A stretch of 46,124 nt of DNA from Candidatus Micrarchaeota archaeon (GCA_043806415.1 JAZDHB010000025.1:1-46124); one strand, 5' to 3'. Shown: positions 21,311 through 30,061, counted from the first letter of the stretch. The notes: a model not told the origin generated them from the sequence alone. Program-made: numbers and translations.

Positions 21311-22594
21311 CTACGCCTTCTTCTCCTCTTTCTTCTTGCCGCTCATCACCATGCCAAAGAGCTTGCGCAAAACGATGAGGCCCACCAGCGCGCCGACCAT
21401 CTCGAAGAGGGGGATGTAAGGCTCCATCTCCTCGGCGAAGGTGGCCGGGCGCACCGGCATGGAAAAGTCGGCCGTGTCCGAGAAGGCCTTGCCCTGCGGG
21501 TCCTCGAAATCCATGGCCAGGCCCATGAGCTGGGAGCCCGACGTGGCGTCCTTGTCCACGGTAACCGTATAGGTCAGGTTCACCGACTGGCCCGGCATGA
21601 GCAAATCCACGTAGCGCACCGTGCCGTCCGTAGAAAAGGGGAAGAGGGGCTTGATGCGCACTTTCAGCTTGCGCGCCTCCTGGCTGCCGGTGTTGGTGAG
21701 CGTCACCACGGTGTCCTGGGCCGCGCCTGCGCGCAGCACGGAGTTGGAAGGATAGAGGGCCGCGAAATCGGCCTTGGGCTTGACGGGCACCATGAACTGG
21801 AAGTCGAGCGAGCCGTTCTGCCGATCCTCGCCCGTGTAGTCCAGATGCACGTTCATGGGGTAGTTGCCGGGCGCCAAATCCTTGGGCGCCTCGATGGCAA
21901 ACGTGGCCGAGGCCGAGCTGCGGGCCGTAATCGAGCCCAGCGCCTGGTCCTGGCTCGACCATTTGGTCTGCACGCCGCCGCTCGAGGCTTGGGCGCGCGC
22001 CGAGGTCACGAGCGTGGGACCGGTATTCTGGAAGGTGACGGTCACCTGCGCCGTGTCGCCCGCGTAGATGTCCACCGGCGTCGAGGAGGTGACGGCGGCC
22101 GTGAAGGAGGGCGAGCCGCCCACGCGCACGTTCACGGTGTTGGCCTCGGTGAATTTGGCGAAGTTCTTCTCATACACCATGCCCACCGAAACGGGGTACG
22201 TGCCCGAGGTGGCGAGGTTGTCCACCGGGAGCAGGAAGGTGAATGTGCCGGCCGAATCCGGGTCCGAATAGCACAGGCTGTTGGTATATTGGGTGTCGGA
22301 GCCCTGGACGGAGAGCGGATAGGAGACCTTGAGCTGCACCGAGACGTGGGCGGCGCAGTTGTCGCTTTCCATGCTCCGGATATGCAGCGTGATGGCCACC
22401 ACGTGCCCCGGCAGGGCGGGCACCTCACTCACCGTGGCATTGATCAGCTGCAGCTTGGGGTTGACGGAGGAGAAGGCCGCCCCGGAGAAAAACAAAAGAA
22501 AGAAAAAGGTAATCGCTAGGGCGGTCGGCCGCCCGAAGAACGATGAGGCCTTATTATTTTTTGTTGTCATGTTCGAGGTTTTCATCCGTATCAC
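21311..22594 (-). CDS. Surface protein with CARDB/COG1361-type repeated beta domains, N-terminal signal peptide and C-terminal TM anchor
   Basis: Repeated xVTVTFQNTG / VVTLTNTGSQEA motifs. The C-terminal TM LFEMVGALVGLIVL is followed by a KKKEEKK tail. It is the last gene of the ABC operon. Confidence 0.75.
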   Translation of the reverse strand: MIRMKTSNMTTKNNKASSFFGRPTALAITFFFLLFFSGAAFSSVNPKLQLINATVSEVPALPGHVVAITLHIRSMESDNCAAHVSVQLKVSYPLSVQGSDTQYTNSLCYSDPDSAGTFTFLLPVDNLATSGTYPVSVGMVYEKNFAKFTEANTVNVRVGGSPSFTAAVTSSTPVDIYAGDTAQVTVTFQNTGPTLVTSARAQASSGGVQTKWSSQDQALGSITARSSASATFAIEAPKDLAPGNYPMNVHLDYTGEDRQNGSLDFQFMVPVKPKADFAALYPSNSVLRAGAAQDTVVTLTNTGSQEARKLKVRIKPLFPFSTDGTVRYVDLLMPGQSVNLTYTVTVDKDATSGSQLMGLAMDFEDPQGKAFSDTADFSMPVRPATFAEEMEPYIPLFEMVGALVGLIVLRKLFGMVMSGKKKEEKKA

Positions 22595-22612
22595 CTATAA
22601 TCTTATCTTCGA

Positions 22613-24437
22613 TCATGCGATCTCGCGCTTGAAGAGCATCAGGCTGAGCACCAGCGTGAAGAGGCCGAACACCGTCAGGGCCACCAAATCCGGCACCAGC
22701 TGGTAGAGCGTGAATCCCTTCACCATCACCCCGCGCAGGGCGTCGGCCGCGTAGGTCACCGGCAGGAACTCGGCCGCCGACTGCAGGATGGGCGGCATGG
22801 TCTGCACCGGGAAGAACGCGCCGGAGAGGAACATCATGGGCATCGAAATCAGCATGGCCAGGGCCATGTACTGCTCCTGCGTCTTGGCCATCACCGAGAG
22901 CACCATGCCCACGCCGGTCGCGCCCAGGGAGAAGATGGCGATGATGAACACCAGGTCGACGATATTCCCCGAGATGGTGACGCCGAAAAGCGCCATGGCC
23001 ACGAAAATCACCAAGGAAGAGCGCACGGTCTCCAGCAGGATGTAGAAAATCTGGGTGCCGAAGATGATGGTGACGTTCGACGTGGGCGTGAGGAAGACGC
23101 GCGTCATCGAGCCGTCCTGGCGCTCGCCGGCAATCGCCCGGCCCAGGCCCATCGTGGCTCCCTGGAATATGATGAGCGCGAGGATGGCCGGCAGCAGGAA
23201 GTCGATGCCGCGCCGGCCATAGCCGTAAGGCTGCAGGATTTGCAGCACGATAGGGCTGGCGCTTCCCTGGCCGGCTTCGGAGGAGATGAGCTCGAGCTGC
23301 TGGCCCGCCTTGTCTTGCAGCGAGATAGCCAGTTTGGCGGAAGCGGCCTGCGAGCGGGTTTGGGAAGCGAGAGCGTCGTATTGGGTGGAAGCCGTCTGCA
23401 TGTTGGAGGAGAGGGCGACCTGCGCGCCCTGCAAACCCTGGAAGAGCGCGATTTGCTGCAAGGTGGAAGCCTGCGCGTCTCCGGTGGCCAGTTCGTAGAG
23501 GCTGGCCCCGCCCACGGAAGCGGGGGTGAAGCTGTCCGCAATCTGGTTCTGGTCTATCAGAAAGCCCAGCGAGTTTTGCAGACTCAGCACCTCGGCGGAG
23601 AGGATCACCGAGGTGGCGGAAGAGCTCTGGGCCGATTCGCGGGCCAACTCGTCCACGCGCCGCTGGGTGGCGGTGGGGTCGGCCGAGGAAGCCGGCAGGA
23701 GCAGGGCGCGCGACTGCGTAAGGGATGCCTGAGCGGCCGCCGACTGGGCCGAGAGTTCGGCCAAGCGGGACGCGAGGATGGATTGGGAGAACTGGGCCGA
23801 GAACGCCTGCGCCGAGGCCTTGGCGGATGCGGCCACCGAGGAATCGGACTCGTCCACCATCAGGCTGATGGTGGCCGGATCCCCGCGCGCCACCGAGTCC
23901 GAGAATCCGGGAGGTATGACGAACAGCACTTTGATCTGTTCGGCATCCAGCATGCGCTTGCCTTCGTCCTGCGTGCCGACCTGGTATCGGATGGCGTAGG
24001 CATCCATGCTCGAGAGCTGCGCGATGACCTGCGTGGAGAGAGCGGAGTGGTCGTAGTCCGCGATGGCCGTCGGAAGGTGCTTGGGCAGGTTGCCGGCTGC
24101 GTAGCCGAAGATGACGATCATCACCAGCGGCATGAAGAAGAGGGGGGAAGAGACGCACCTTGTCGCCCTTGAGCACCATCCAGTTCTTCTTGACGATGGC
24201 CCACATCTTGGCGGGGTCCACCAACTGTTCCACCGCGCCGTTGTGGGTGGCGGCCGTGAGCTGGGGTTGGGGGGAAGGAGCCTTGGGCTCGCGGGCCGAA
24301 GGGGGCGGAGAAACGGCCTTGGAGGGAGCGGGGGGCAAGGAAGAGCCGGATTTTGAATGGGTCGAGGAGGCCGCAGAAACGGCTTTGGGCTCGGGGGTCG
24401 AAAGGGCCGAACGCGCGTTTTTCCTGTTTTCAGCCAT
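22613..24437 (-). CDS. ABC-2 type permease with a large Ala/Ser/Gln-rich extracytoplasmic insert; the reading frame is broken by a 1-nt shift in a G6/C6 run (24142-24147)
   Basis: The N-terminus (MAENRKN...WAIVKKNWMVLKGDKVRLF) is in the frame of track ORF 22554..24437. The remainder (PLFFMPLVMIVIFGYAAG ... C-terminal 6-TM ABC-2 core) is in the frame of track ORF 22613..24781. Deleting one C restores ...DKVRLFPLFFMPLVMIV... Confidence 0.75.
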
Positions 24438-24438
24438 A

Positions 24439-25467
24439 TCAGTCCCTCAGTTCCTTCTTGGTCAGGTTGATGAAAACCTCTTCCAAGGACGGCTCGCGCA
24501 CCTTGAAATCGCCCACCACGATATGGCGGCGTTCGAGGAACGTGGAGAGGCGGTGGATGAGGTCGGGGGGCAACTGGCGCATCGGCAGGCTCACGCGCCG
24601 GCCCTCCACCGACACGGAGATGGCGCCGACCAGCTCCTGCATCTCTTGGAGCAGTTTCCCCTCCGGCGCGCGCGCCAGTTCGATCTCGATGCAGTGGGAA
24701 TAGTGCTGGGACGCCTTGAGCTCGGCGGAGGTGCCCAGGGCGATGAGCTTGCCGTGGTCCATGATGCCGATGCGGTCGCACAGCTTGTCCGCCTCGTCCA
24801 TGTCGTGCGTGGTGTAGATGACGGTCATGCCTGATTTGTTGAGCGTCTGGGTGAGCTCGCGCAGCGCGATGCGGCTCTGCGGATCCAGGCCCGTGGTGGG
24901 CTCGTCCATGAACAGGATCCGGGGCGAGTGCAAAAGGCCGGCGGCCACCGACATGCGCTGCTTCATGCCCCCCGAGAAGGTGCCGGTGTTCACGTTGCGT
25001 TTGTCATAGAGGGTGACGATCTTGAGCAGCTCCTCGCTGCGCGCACGCACGGTCGAGCCGTCCATCGAATAGAGCTCGCCGATGTACCAGAGGTTTTCCA
25101 GCGGGGTCAATTCCTCGAAGAGCGAGAATTTCTGGGGCACCACGCCGATGCAGCTGCGCACCTGGGCGTCCTCGGTCGAGAGATCGTAGCCCGCGACGAC
25201 GGCATTGCCCTCGGTCGGCGCGATCAGGGTGGTGAGCATGTTGATAGTGGTGGTCTTGCCGGCGCCGTTGGGGCCCAGGAATCCGAACAGCTCGCCTTTG
25301 CGCACCTGCAAGGAGAGCTTGTCCACGGCGGTGAACGTGCCGAAGCGGCGCGTGAGACTCTTAAGCTCGATAGCATACGGGCTGGAGGGGCGCAAAGAAG
25401 ATAGTTTGGGACCGGATGCCATGATGAACGCCTTCTCGCCGATATTCCAATTTATGCCATATTCCAT
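24439..25467 (-). CDS. ABC transporter ATP-binding protein (ABC-2/DrrA type)
   Basis: Walker A GPNGAGKTT, signature FSGGMKQR, Walker B ILFMDEPTTGLD. The start may instead be MASGPK at 25422. Confidence 0.9.
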   Translation of the reverse strand: MEYGINWNIGEKAFIMASGPKLSSLRPSSPYAIELKSLTRRFGTFTAVDKLSLQVRKGELFGFLGPNGAGKTTTINMLTTLIAPTEGNAVVAGYDLSTEDAQVRSCIGVVPQKFSLFEELTPLENLWYIGELYSMDGSTVRARSEELLKIVTLYDKRNVNTGTFSGGMKQRMSVAAGLLHSPRILFMDEPTTGLDPQSRIALRELTQTLNKSGMTVIYTTHDMDEADKLCDRIGIMDHGKLIALGTSAELKASQHYSHCIEIELARAPEGKLLQEMQELVGAISVSVEGRRVSLPMRQLPPDLIHRLSTFLERRHIVVGDFKVREPSLEEVFINLTKKELRD

Positions 25468-25480
25468 TTATTGGAATAAC

Positions 25481-25488
25481 TATATAAA
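25481..25488. promoter_or_regulatory. TATA box (tatataaa) in the divergent ABC/PadR intergenic region
   Basis: It lies about 24 nt upstream of the PadR ATG at 25512. Its near-palindromic core could also serve the minus-strand operon. Confidence 0.45.
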
Positions 25489-25511
25489 GGTGCGCCTGCA
25501 TCATAGGATGC

Positions 25512-25892
25512 ATGAGAACCGGCAGGACGAACCCCCGCAGCCGCCCGGTGAAAACCATCGGCATGGGCGGGGCGGTCGAAGAACCCGAGCATGGCGCGCG
25601 CTTCCACATCCTTTTTCTCATCTGGCGGCTGCATGAGCGGCCCACGTACGGATATGCGCTCCTGCAGGAGATCCGGGAGATGGCCGTGGGGCACAAGAAA
25701 ACCTCCACCATCTACGCCACCCTGGGCAAGCTGGAGAAGGCGGGGCTGGTGAAAAGCCGGATGGAGGAGAAGGGGGCCCGCATGCGCAGGCTTTACCAGA
25801 CCACCGCGAAAGGCTGGGCGCTCTTTGGGCGCGTGAGAAAGAGCATGATCCACGGCACGCTCAAGGAATTCATGAAGGCGCTGGCGGGATAA
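25512..25892 (+). CDS. PadR-family transcriptional regulator
   Basis: The winged-helix pattern ILFLIWRLHERPTYGYALLQEIREM...IYATLGKLEKAGLVKS...RRLYQTTAKG is present. Confidence 0.8.
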   Translation: MRTGRTNPRSRPVKTIGMGGAVEEPEHGARFHILFLIWRLHERPTYGYALLQEIREMAVGHKKTSTIYATLGKLEKAGLVKSRMEEKGARMRRLYQTTAKGWALFGRVRKSMIHGTLKEFMKALAG

Positions 25893-25960
25893 GGGGCGGA
25901 ATCGGAAGAGATCTGTTTTTCCTTATTCTAGATTTGTTTTTCCTTATTCTTTATCTCTTC

Positions 25961-27625
25961 CTAGAACCGGTCTCTTTTAGTGTATCTCGTGTGCAGGAGC
26001 AGCTCCGCCTTCGGCCCGCCCGGCTTTCCCAGGTATTCGGCGTACAACTTCTTCACGGTCGGGTTCTCGTGCGATTTGCGAAGCGGCATGCCCGCGTCGG
26101 CCTTGTAGATGGCCTCCGTCCGTTTTCGCAGCGTGTCCTCTTCCTTGTAGATGGGCTGCCCGCCCCCGCCGATGCACCCGCCCGGGCAGGCCATCATCTC
26201 TATGAAATGGTATTTGTCCTTCTCTTTCAGCAGCCGCTCGATGTTCGCGCCGCCGTGCGCGGCCGCGAAGCGGATCTCCTTTCCGTTGATGAGGATCGAG
26301 CCGGTCTTGATGCCCTTCACCCCCCTCAGCTGGTCGAATTCGAGCCGGCTGACCGCCTGGCCGGTGGCCTTTTCATATGTCGTGCGCAGGGCGGCCTCCA
26401 TCACCCCGCCTGCGGCCCCGAAGATCACGCCTGCCCCGGTCGAATTCCCGAGCGCCGGGTCGAATTCTTCGTCGGGCAGGTTTACAAAATCGATGTTCTT
26501 TTGCTTGACGAGTCTTCCCAGCTCGCGCGTGGTGAGCACAAAATCCACCGCTGACGAGAGCTCGGGTCGGGTGGATTCGAACTTCTTGGCCGTGCAGGGC
26601 ATGATGGACACCACGACGATGTCCTTGGGGTCGAGCCCGGCCTTTTGGGCGTAATAAGTCTTGATGAGCATGCCCAGCATCTCGTGCGGGCTCTTGCAGG
26701 TGGACATGTTGGACATGAGCTCGTGGTGGAAATGCTCCATCATCAATATCCAGGCGGGGCAGCAGGTGGTGATCATGGGGAACGGCCCTCCATTTTCCAT
26801 CCTTCTCATCAGTTCGGCCGACTCTTCCATGATGGTCAAATCCGCCCCCAAATCAACGTCGAACACCTTGTGGAACCCGCACCGCCGGAGCGCCGCGACC
26901 ATCTTGCCCGTGACGAGCGTACCGGCCGGCAGGCCGAACAGCTCGCCCAGCGCGGCGCGGATCGAGGGGGCGGTCTGGGCGATGACCTTCTTTTTCCTGT
27001 CTTTGAGCGCGGTCATTACCTCCTCCAGATGCGAGCGCTCGGAGATGGCGCCCACCGGGCAATGCAGGATGCACTGGCCGCACTTGATGCAGGCCACCTC
27101 GGCCAGCGCCCGCTCGTCGTATGGCGTGACGTGCTCGTTGTGCGCCCGGCTGGCAAAGTCGATGGCATATATGCCCTGGATCTGGGCGCACACGGCCACG
27201 CACCGACCACAGTTGATGCACAGGTTATTGTCCCGCACCACGGCCGCGCCCAAGTCCGGCTGGTAATTCCTGATGTTCGCAAATCTCGAATTGCCCATGC
27301 CCACCTGCTTGTAGATCTTGCACACCTCGTAATCGTCGAGGCGCGAGCAGGCCGGGTTGGGCACCATGAGCTCCATGTTCAGTTTGCGGGCCTTGAAGAT
27401 GCGCTCCGAGCGGGTGAGCACCCGGCAGCCCTCCTTCGGTTGGGTGGAGCAGGCGGTGACGAGCTTCCCGTCCATCTCCACGAGGCACACCCGGCACCGG
27501 GCCTCCGGCTTGAGGCTAGCATGGTAACATAGGGTCGGGATGTCGGCGCCCTGCTCGGCGCAGATCTTCAATAGGCTTTTGGAGCCGTCCGCCTCGATCT
27601 CTTTTCCGTCCAGCGTGATTTTCAT
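25961..27625 (-). CDS. hydA: [FeFe]-hydrogenase catalytic subunit (HydA, multi-FeS M3-like architecture)
   Basis: All three H-cluster motifs are present: TTCCPAW (L1), MPCTAKKFE (L2) and EMMACPGGCIGGGGQP (L3). N-terminal 2Fe-2S cysteines (CYH..CRVC..TAC). Two ferredoxin motifs, CINCGRCVAVC and CIKCGQCILHCP. I chose the start MKITLDGKEIEA (ATG 27625). The track ORF extends to 27823. Confidence 0.9.
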   Translation of the reverse strand: MKITLDGKEIEADGSKSLLKICAEQGADIPTLCYHASLKPEARCRVCLVEMDGKLVTACSTQPKEGCRVLTRSERIFKARKLNMELMVPNPACSRLDDYEVCKIYKQVGMGNSRFANIRNYQPDLGAAVVRDNNLCINCGRCVAVCAQIQGIYAIDFASRAHNEHVTPYDERALAEVACIKCGQCILHCPVGAISERSHLEEVMTALKDRKKKVIAQTAPSIRAALGELFGLPAGTLVTGKMVAALRRCGFHKVFDVDLGADLTIMEESAELMRRMENGGPFPMITTCCPAWILMMEHFHHELMSNMSTCKSPHEMLGMLIKTYYAQKAGLDPKDIVVVSIMPCTAKKFESTRPELSSAVDFVLTTRELGRLVKQKNIDFVNLPDEEFDPALGNSTGAGVIFGAAGGVMEAALRTTYEKATGQAVSRLEFDQLRGVKGIKTGSILINGKEIRFAAAHGGANIERLLKEKDKYHFIEMMACPGGCIGGGGQPIYKEEDTLRKRTEAIYKADAGMPLRKSHENPTVKKLYAEYLGKPGGPKAELLLHTRYTKRDRF

Positions 27626-27627
27626 CA

Positions 27628-27734
27628 GATCCTCTTCCCCGTCAAAATCTTCTTTTTCGCATCCGATCCTTTTCCTCATCCGATTCTCTTCTCCGTCAAA
27701 TTCTCTTTTTTGCATCCACTTCTTTTCCTCATCC
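27628..27734. repeat. Two tandem ~54-nt repeats filling the hydB-hydA spacer
   Basis: Unit 1 (27628-27681) is gatcctcttccccgtcaaaatcttctttttcgcatccgatccttttcctcatcc. Unit 2 (27682-27734) is gattctcttctccgtcaaattctcttttttgcatccacttcttttcctcatcc. Identity is roughly 80%. Confidence 0.85.
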
Positions 27735-28877
27735 AATCTTTTTCCGCTTGTTCGCGTACTCCTCGAAATCCTGCGGGAAATGGAGCATGGCGGTGAGCAC
27801 GTGGTTGCCCGAGGTCTGCCCAAGCCCGCACAAGCTCGTGGCCTGGATGTGCTCCGCCAGTTCCTGTATTGTTGCGAGGTCTTCGCTCCCGGCTTCCCCT
27901 TCGCGCACTTTCTTGAGCAGGTTGAGCAGGCGGATGTTGCCTTCCCGGCACGGGGTGCACTTCCCGCACGACTCGTACGCGTAGAATTTCGCGATGGAAT
28001 ACGAGATGTCGGCCACGTTGTGCGTCTCGTCGATGAAGATGATGGAGAACGCGCCGTGCTGGCACTCTTCCATCCGGATGCTTTCGGGCGTGAGGGCCAT
28101 ATCCTCGTCCACGGGCATAATGCCGCCGAAGCATCCGAACGACATCGCCTTAAGCTTTCTTGCGGGTTTGGCCAGCCGGACGAGCTGGGAGACTTTCACC
28201 CCGAGCGGAAGCTCGTGCACGCCGGGCCTTGACACGTTTCCGGAAAGCGAGAACAGGCGCAGGTCCGCGTTCCAGTCGTCGTAGAGCAGGGCCTGGGGCA
28301 CGCATGCGAACGTTTCCACGTTGTTGATGACCGTCGGCTGGCCCCAGAGGCCCTCGGTCGTTGGATACGGCGGCTTGAACATCGCCCGCCCGGGGAAGCC
28401 CATGATGGACTGGAGAATGGCGGTCTCTTCGCCGCAGATGTACGCTCCCGCCCCGCGCACGATGGTGATGGACACGTCCAGGCCGGATTTTTCCACCAGC
28501 CTCCCGGCCGTCCTCTCCAATCCCTTGCGCAGGAATTCGTATTCGCCTCGCAAATAGATGAAGCATTCCTTCGCGCCCAGCACGTACGCCGCGATGAGCA
28601 CGCCTTCGATCACTGCTTGCGGGTTCTTTTCCAGGATGAGCCGGTCCTTGAAGGTGCCCGGCTCGCCCTCGTCCGCGTTGCAGATGATATACCTCGTATC
28701 CGTGTTCACGCCCAGAGCCATGCGCCATTTCTTCGCGGTGGGAAAGGCCGCGCCGCCCCGTCCGACCAGCCCTTTCTTCTCCAGGAGTTGCAGCACGCCT
28801 TCCGGCCCGAGCAGGCGCGCTTTCCTGAGCGCCCGCATCCCCGTCTTGCGAAGAATCTGCATCATGGACATCTGCAC
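27729..28877 (-). CDS. hydB: NuoF-like flavoprotein subunit of the hydrogenase (HydB), short form
   Basis: GRGGAAFP (NADH site), NADEGEPGTFKDR and YICGEETA (FMN site), and ESCGKCTPCREG...LCGLGQ ([4Fe-4S]). At 382 aa it lacks the extra N- and C-terminal ferredoxin-like domains. Confidence 0.9.
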   Translation of the reverse strand: MQMSMMQILRKTGMRALRKARLLGPEGVLQLLEKKGLVGRGGAAFPTAKKWRMALGVNTDTRYIICNADEGEPGTFKDRLILEKNPQAVIEGVLIAAYVLGAKECFIYLRGEYEFLRKGLERTAGRLVEKSGLDVSITIVRGAGAYICGEETAILQSIMGFPGRAMFKPPYPTTEGLWGQPTVINNVETFACVPQALLYDDWNADLRLFSLSGNVSRPGVHELPLGVKVSQLVRLAKPARKLKAMSFGCFGGIMPVDEDMALTPESIRMEECQHGAFSIIFIDETHNVADISYSIAKFYAYESCGKCTPCREGNIRLLNLLKKVREGEAGSEDLATIQELAEHIQATSLCGLGQTSGNHVLTAMLHFPQDFEEYANKRKKIG

Positions 28878-29360
28878 CTATCTGGCCTTGCTTTTTTTGT
28901 CCGCACGCCGCGCCTGTTTCGTGCTGCTTTTTTTCGTCCGCAGGCCTCTGATCACTTTGCATATCCGGGCTTTCGTGAGTTCGGTGCAGGGCTTCCCGTC
29001 GACCAGCATGGCTGGCGCGCCGTCGCAGCAGCCGATGCACGAGGTCTTGTATAGGCTGATGCGCCCGTCGGGCGTGGTCTCGCCAACCCGGATGCCCAGC
29101 TCCTTCTCGAGGCATTTCTCGATGCCGGTGCCCCCGTTGAGCACGCAGGAGGGCGAGCCGCACAAGTCCAGCGTATGCTTGCCTTGCGGCCTTGTCTTGA
29201 GCATGGAATAGAAAGTGGCCACCGCGTAAACTCGGGAAATCGGGATGTCCTCTTCCGTGCTGATGCGCTTGAGCGCCTCTTCGGAGAGGTAGCCGTGCCT
29301 TTCCTGCGCCTCGTGCAATACGTTAAGCAGGATCCTGCGCTTTTTTCCGGCCATATCCAA
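28878..29360 (-). CDS. hydC: NuoE-like [2Fe-2S] subunit of the hydrogenase (HydC)
   Basis: DLCGSPSCVLNG and SCIGCCDGAPAM thioredoxin-like 2Fe-2S motifs. Start is TTG at 29360 or ATG at 29354. The gene abuts hydB. Confidence 0.85.
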   Translation of the reverse strand: MDMAGKKRRILLNVLHEAQERHGYLSEEALKRISTEEDIPISRVYAVATFYSMLKTRPQGKHTLDLCGSPSCVLNGGTGIEKCLEKELGIRVGETTPDGRISLYKTSCIGCCDGAPAMLVDGKPCTELTKARICKVIRGLRTKKSSTKQARRADKKSKAR

Positions 29361-29491
29361 CGTCTCCCAACTTCCCGGCTCGGATTACTGTTTTTTTATT
29401 ACCAGACGGTGCTCACTCTTATAAAATAACCGGCCGAAGGAAGTACGGCGCGTCCGAGGCGAGCGCATGGACTTCAGATGGAAGTGGTGGC

Positions 29492-30061
29492 ATGGGCTTT
29501 GAATTGAATTTCATCCGCAAGAACGGTTCGCCCTTCTCCTCATGGCATCTTTACGACTACGAGCTTTCCGCCATGCAGGAGAACCTCGAGATGGCCGTCT
29601 ATTGCGTGGTCTGCTTCTTCCTCCCCTTTTTCCTGTCCGAGCAGCTCGTGCTGGGCACGCTCGTGAACGCGGGCCTCGTGCTGGGTGCGCTCAACCTGCG
29701 CGGCTGGAAAGTGCTGCCCGTCATCCTCCTGCCCAGTTTCGGCGTGCTGGCGGCCGGCCTCCTCTTCGGCTCGTTCACCTACCACCTCGTCGCGCTCATC
29801 CCGGCCATCTGGGTCGGCAACGCGCTCCTGGTGTGGGCGGTCAAGGAATTCGCGCTCACCAAAAAGATGAACCGGCTCCTGGCGTTGGGCGTGGGCATCG
29901 GCTCGAAGGTGGCCTGGCTGTTTGGGATCACATTCGCGCTTGTTTCGCTCGGCTTCGTGCCCGCGATGTTCCTGACGGCGATGGGCCCCGTGCAGCTCTA
30001 TACGGCGGCGGCCGGAAGCGTGCTGGCGCTGGGCGCGCAGGAAATGAAAAAGAGGATATAG
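29492..30061 (+). CDS. Polytopic membrane protein (about 5 TM), function unknown
   Basis: Five hydrophobic segments. No family assigned with confidence. The start is uncertain, with internal Met at 29573. Confidence 0.55.
   Translation: MGFELNFIRKNGSPFSSWHLYDYELSAMQENLEMAVYCVVCFFLPFFLSEQLVLGTLVNAGLVLGALNLRGWKVLPVILLPSFGVLAAGLLFGSFTYHLVALIPAIWVGNALLVWAVKEFALTKKMNRLLALGVGIGSKVAWLFGITFALVSLGFVPAMFLTAMGPVQLYTAAAGSVLALGAQEMKKRI

Noticed and set aside
21225-21962. 245-aa minus ORF overlapping the 3' part of the CARDB surface protein gene
   Set aside because: It is an alternative frame of a gene with signal peptide, repeats and anchor, and it has a Gly/Arg/Pro-rich spurious composition.
24438-24781. 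N-terminal extension of the 722-aa ORF (22613..24781) as the true permease start
   Set aside because: The extension runs antisense-free but out of frame through the 3' end of the ABC ATPase gene and is Arg/Pro-rich. The ATG at 24437 in the other frame gives a family-typical N-terminus, so a frameshift is the simpler explanation.
27626-27823. 66-aa N-terminal extension of HydA from the track start at 27823
   Set aside because: The extension overlaps the hydB 3' end and then reads through the spacer repeats. Homologous HydA proteins begin with the MKIxIDG ferredoxin-like strand. An in-frame start at 27715 remains possible and is noted in the findings.
28150-29163. 337-aa minus ORF and 26645..27532 plus ORF inside the hydrogenase operon
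   Set aside because: They are out of frame with or antisense to hydA, hydB and hydC, all of which carry complete cofactor motifs.
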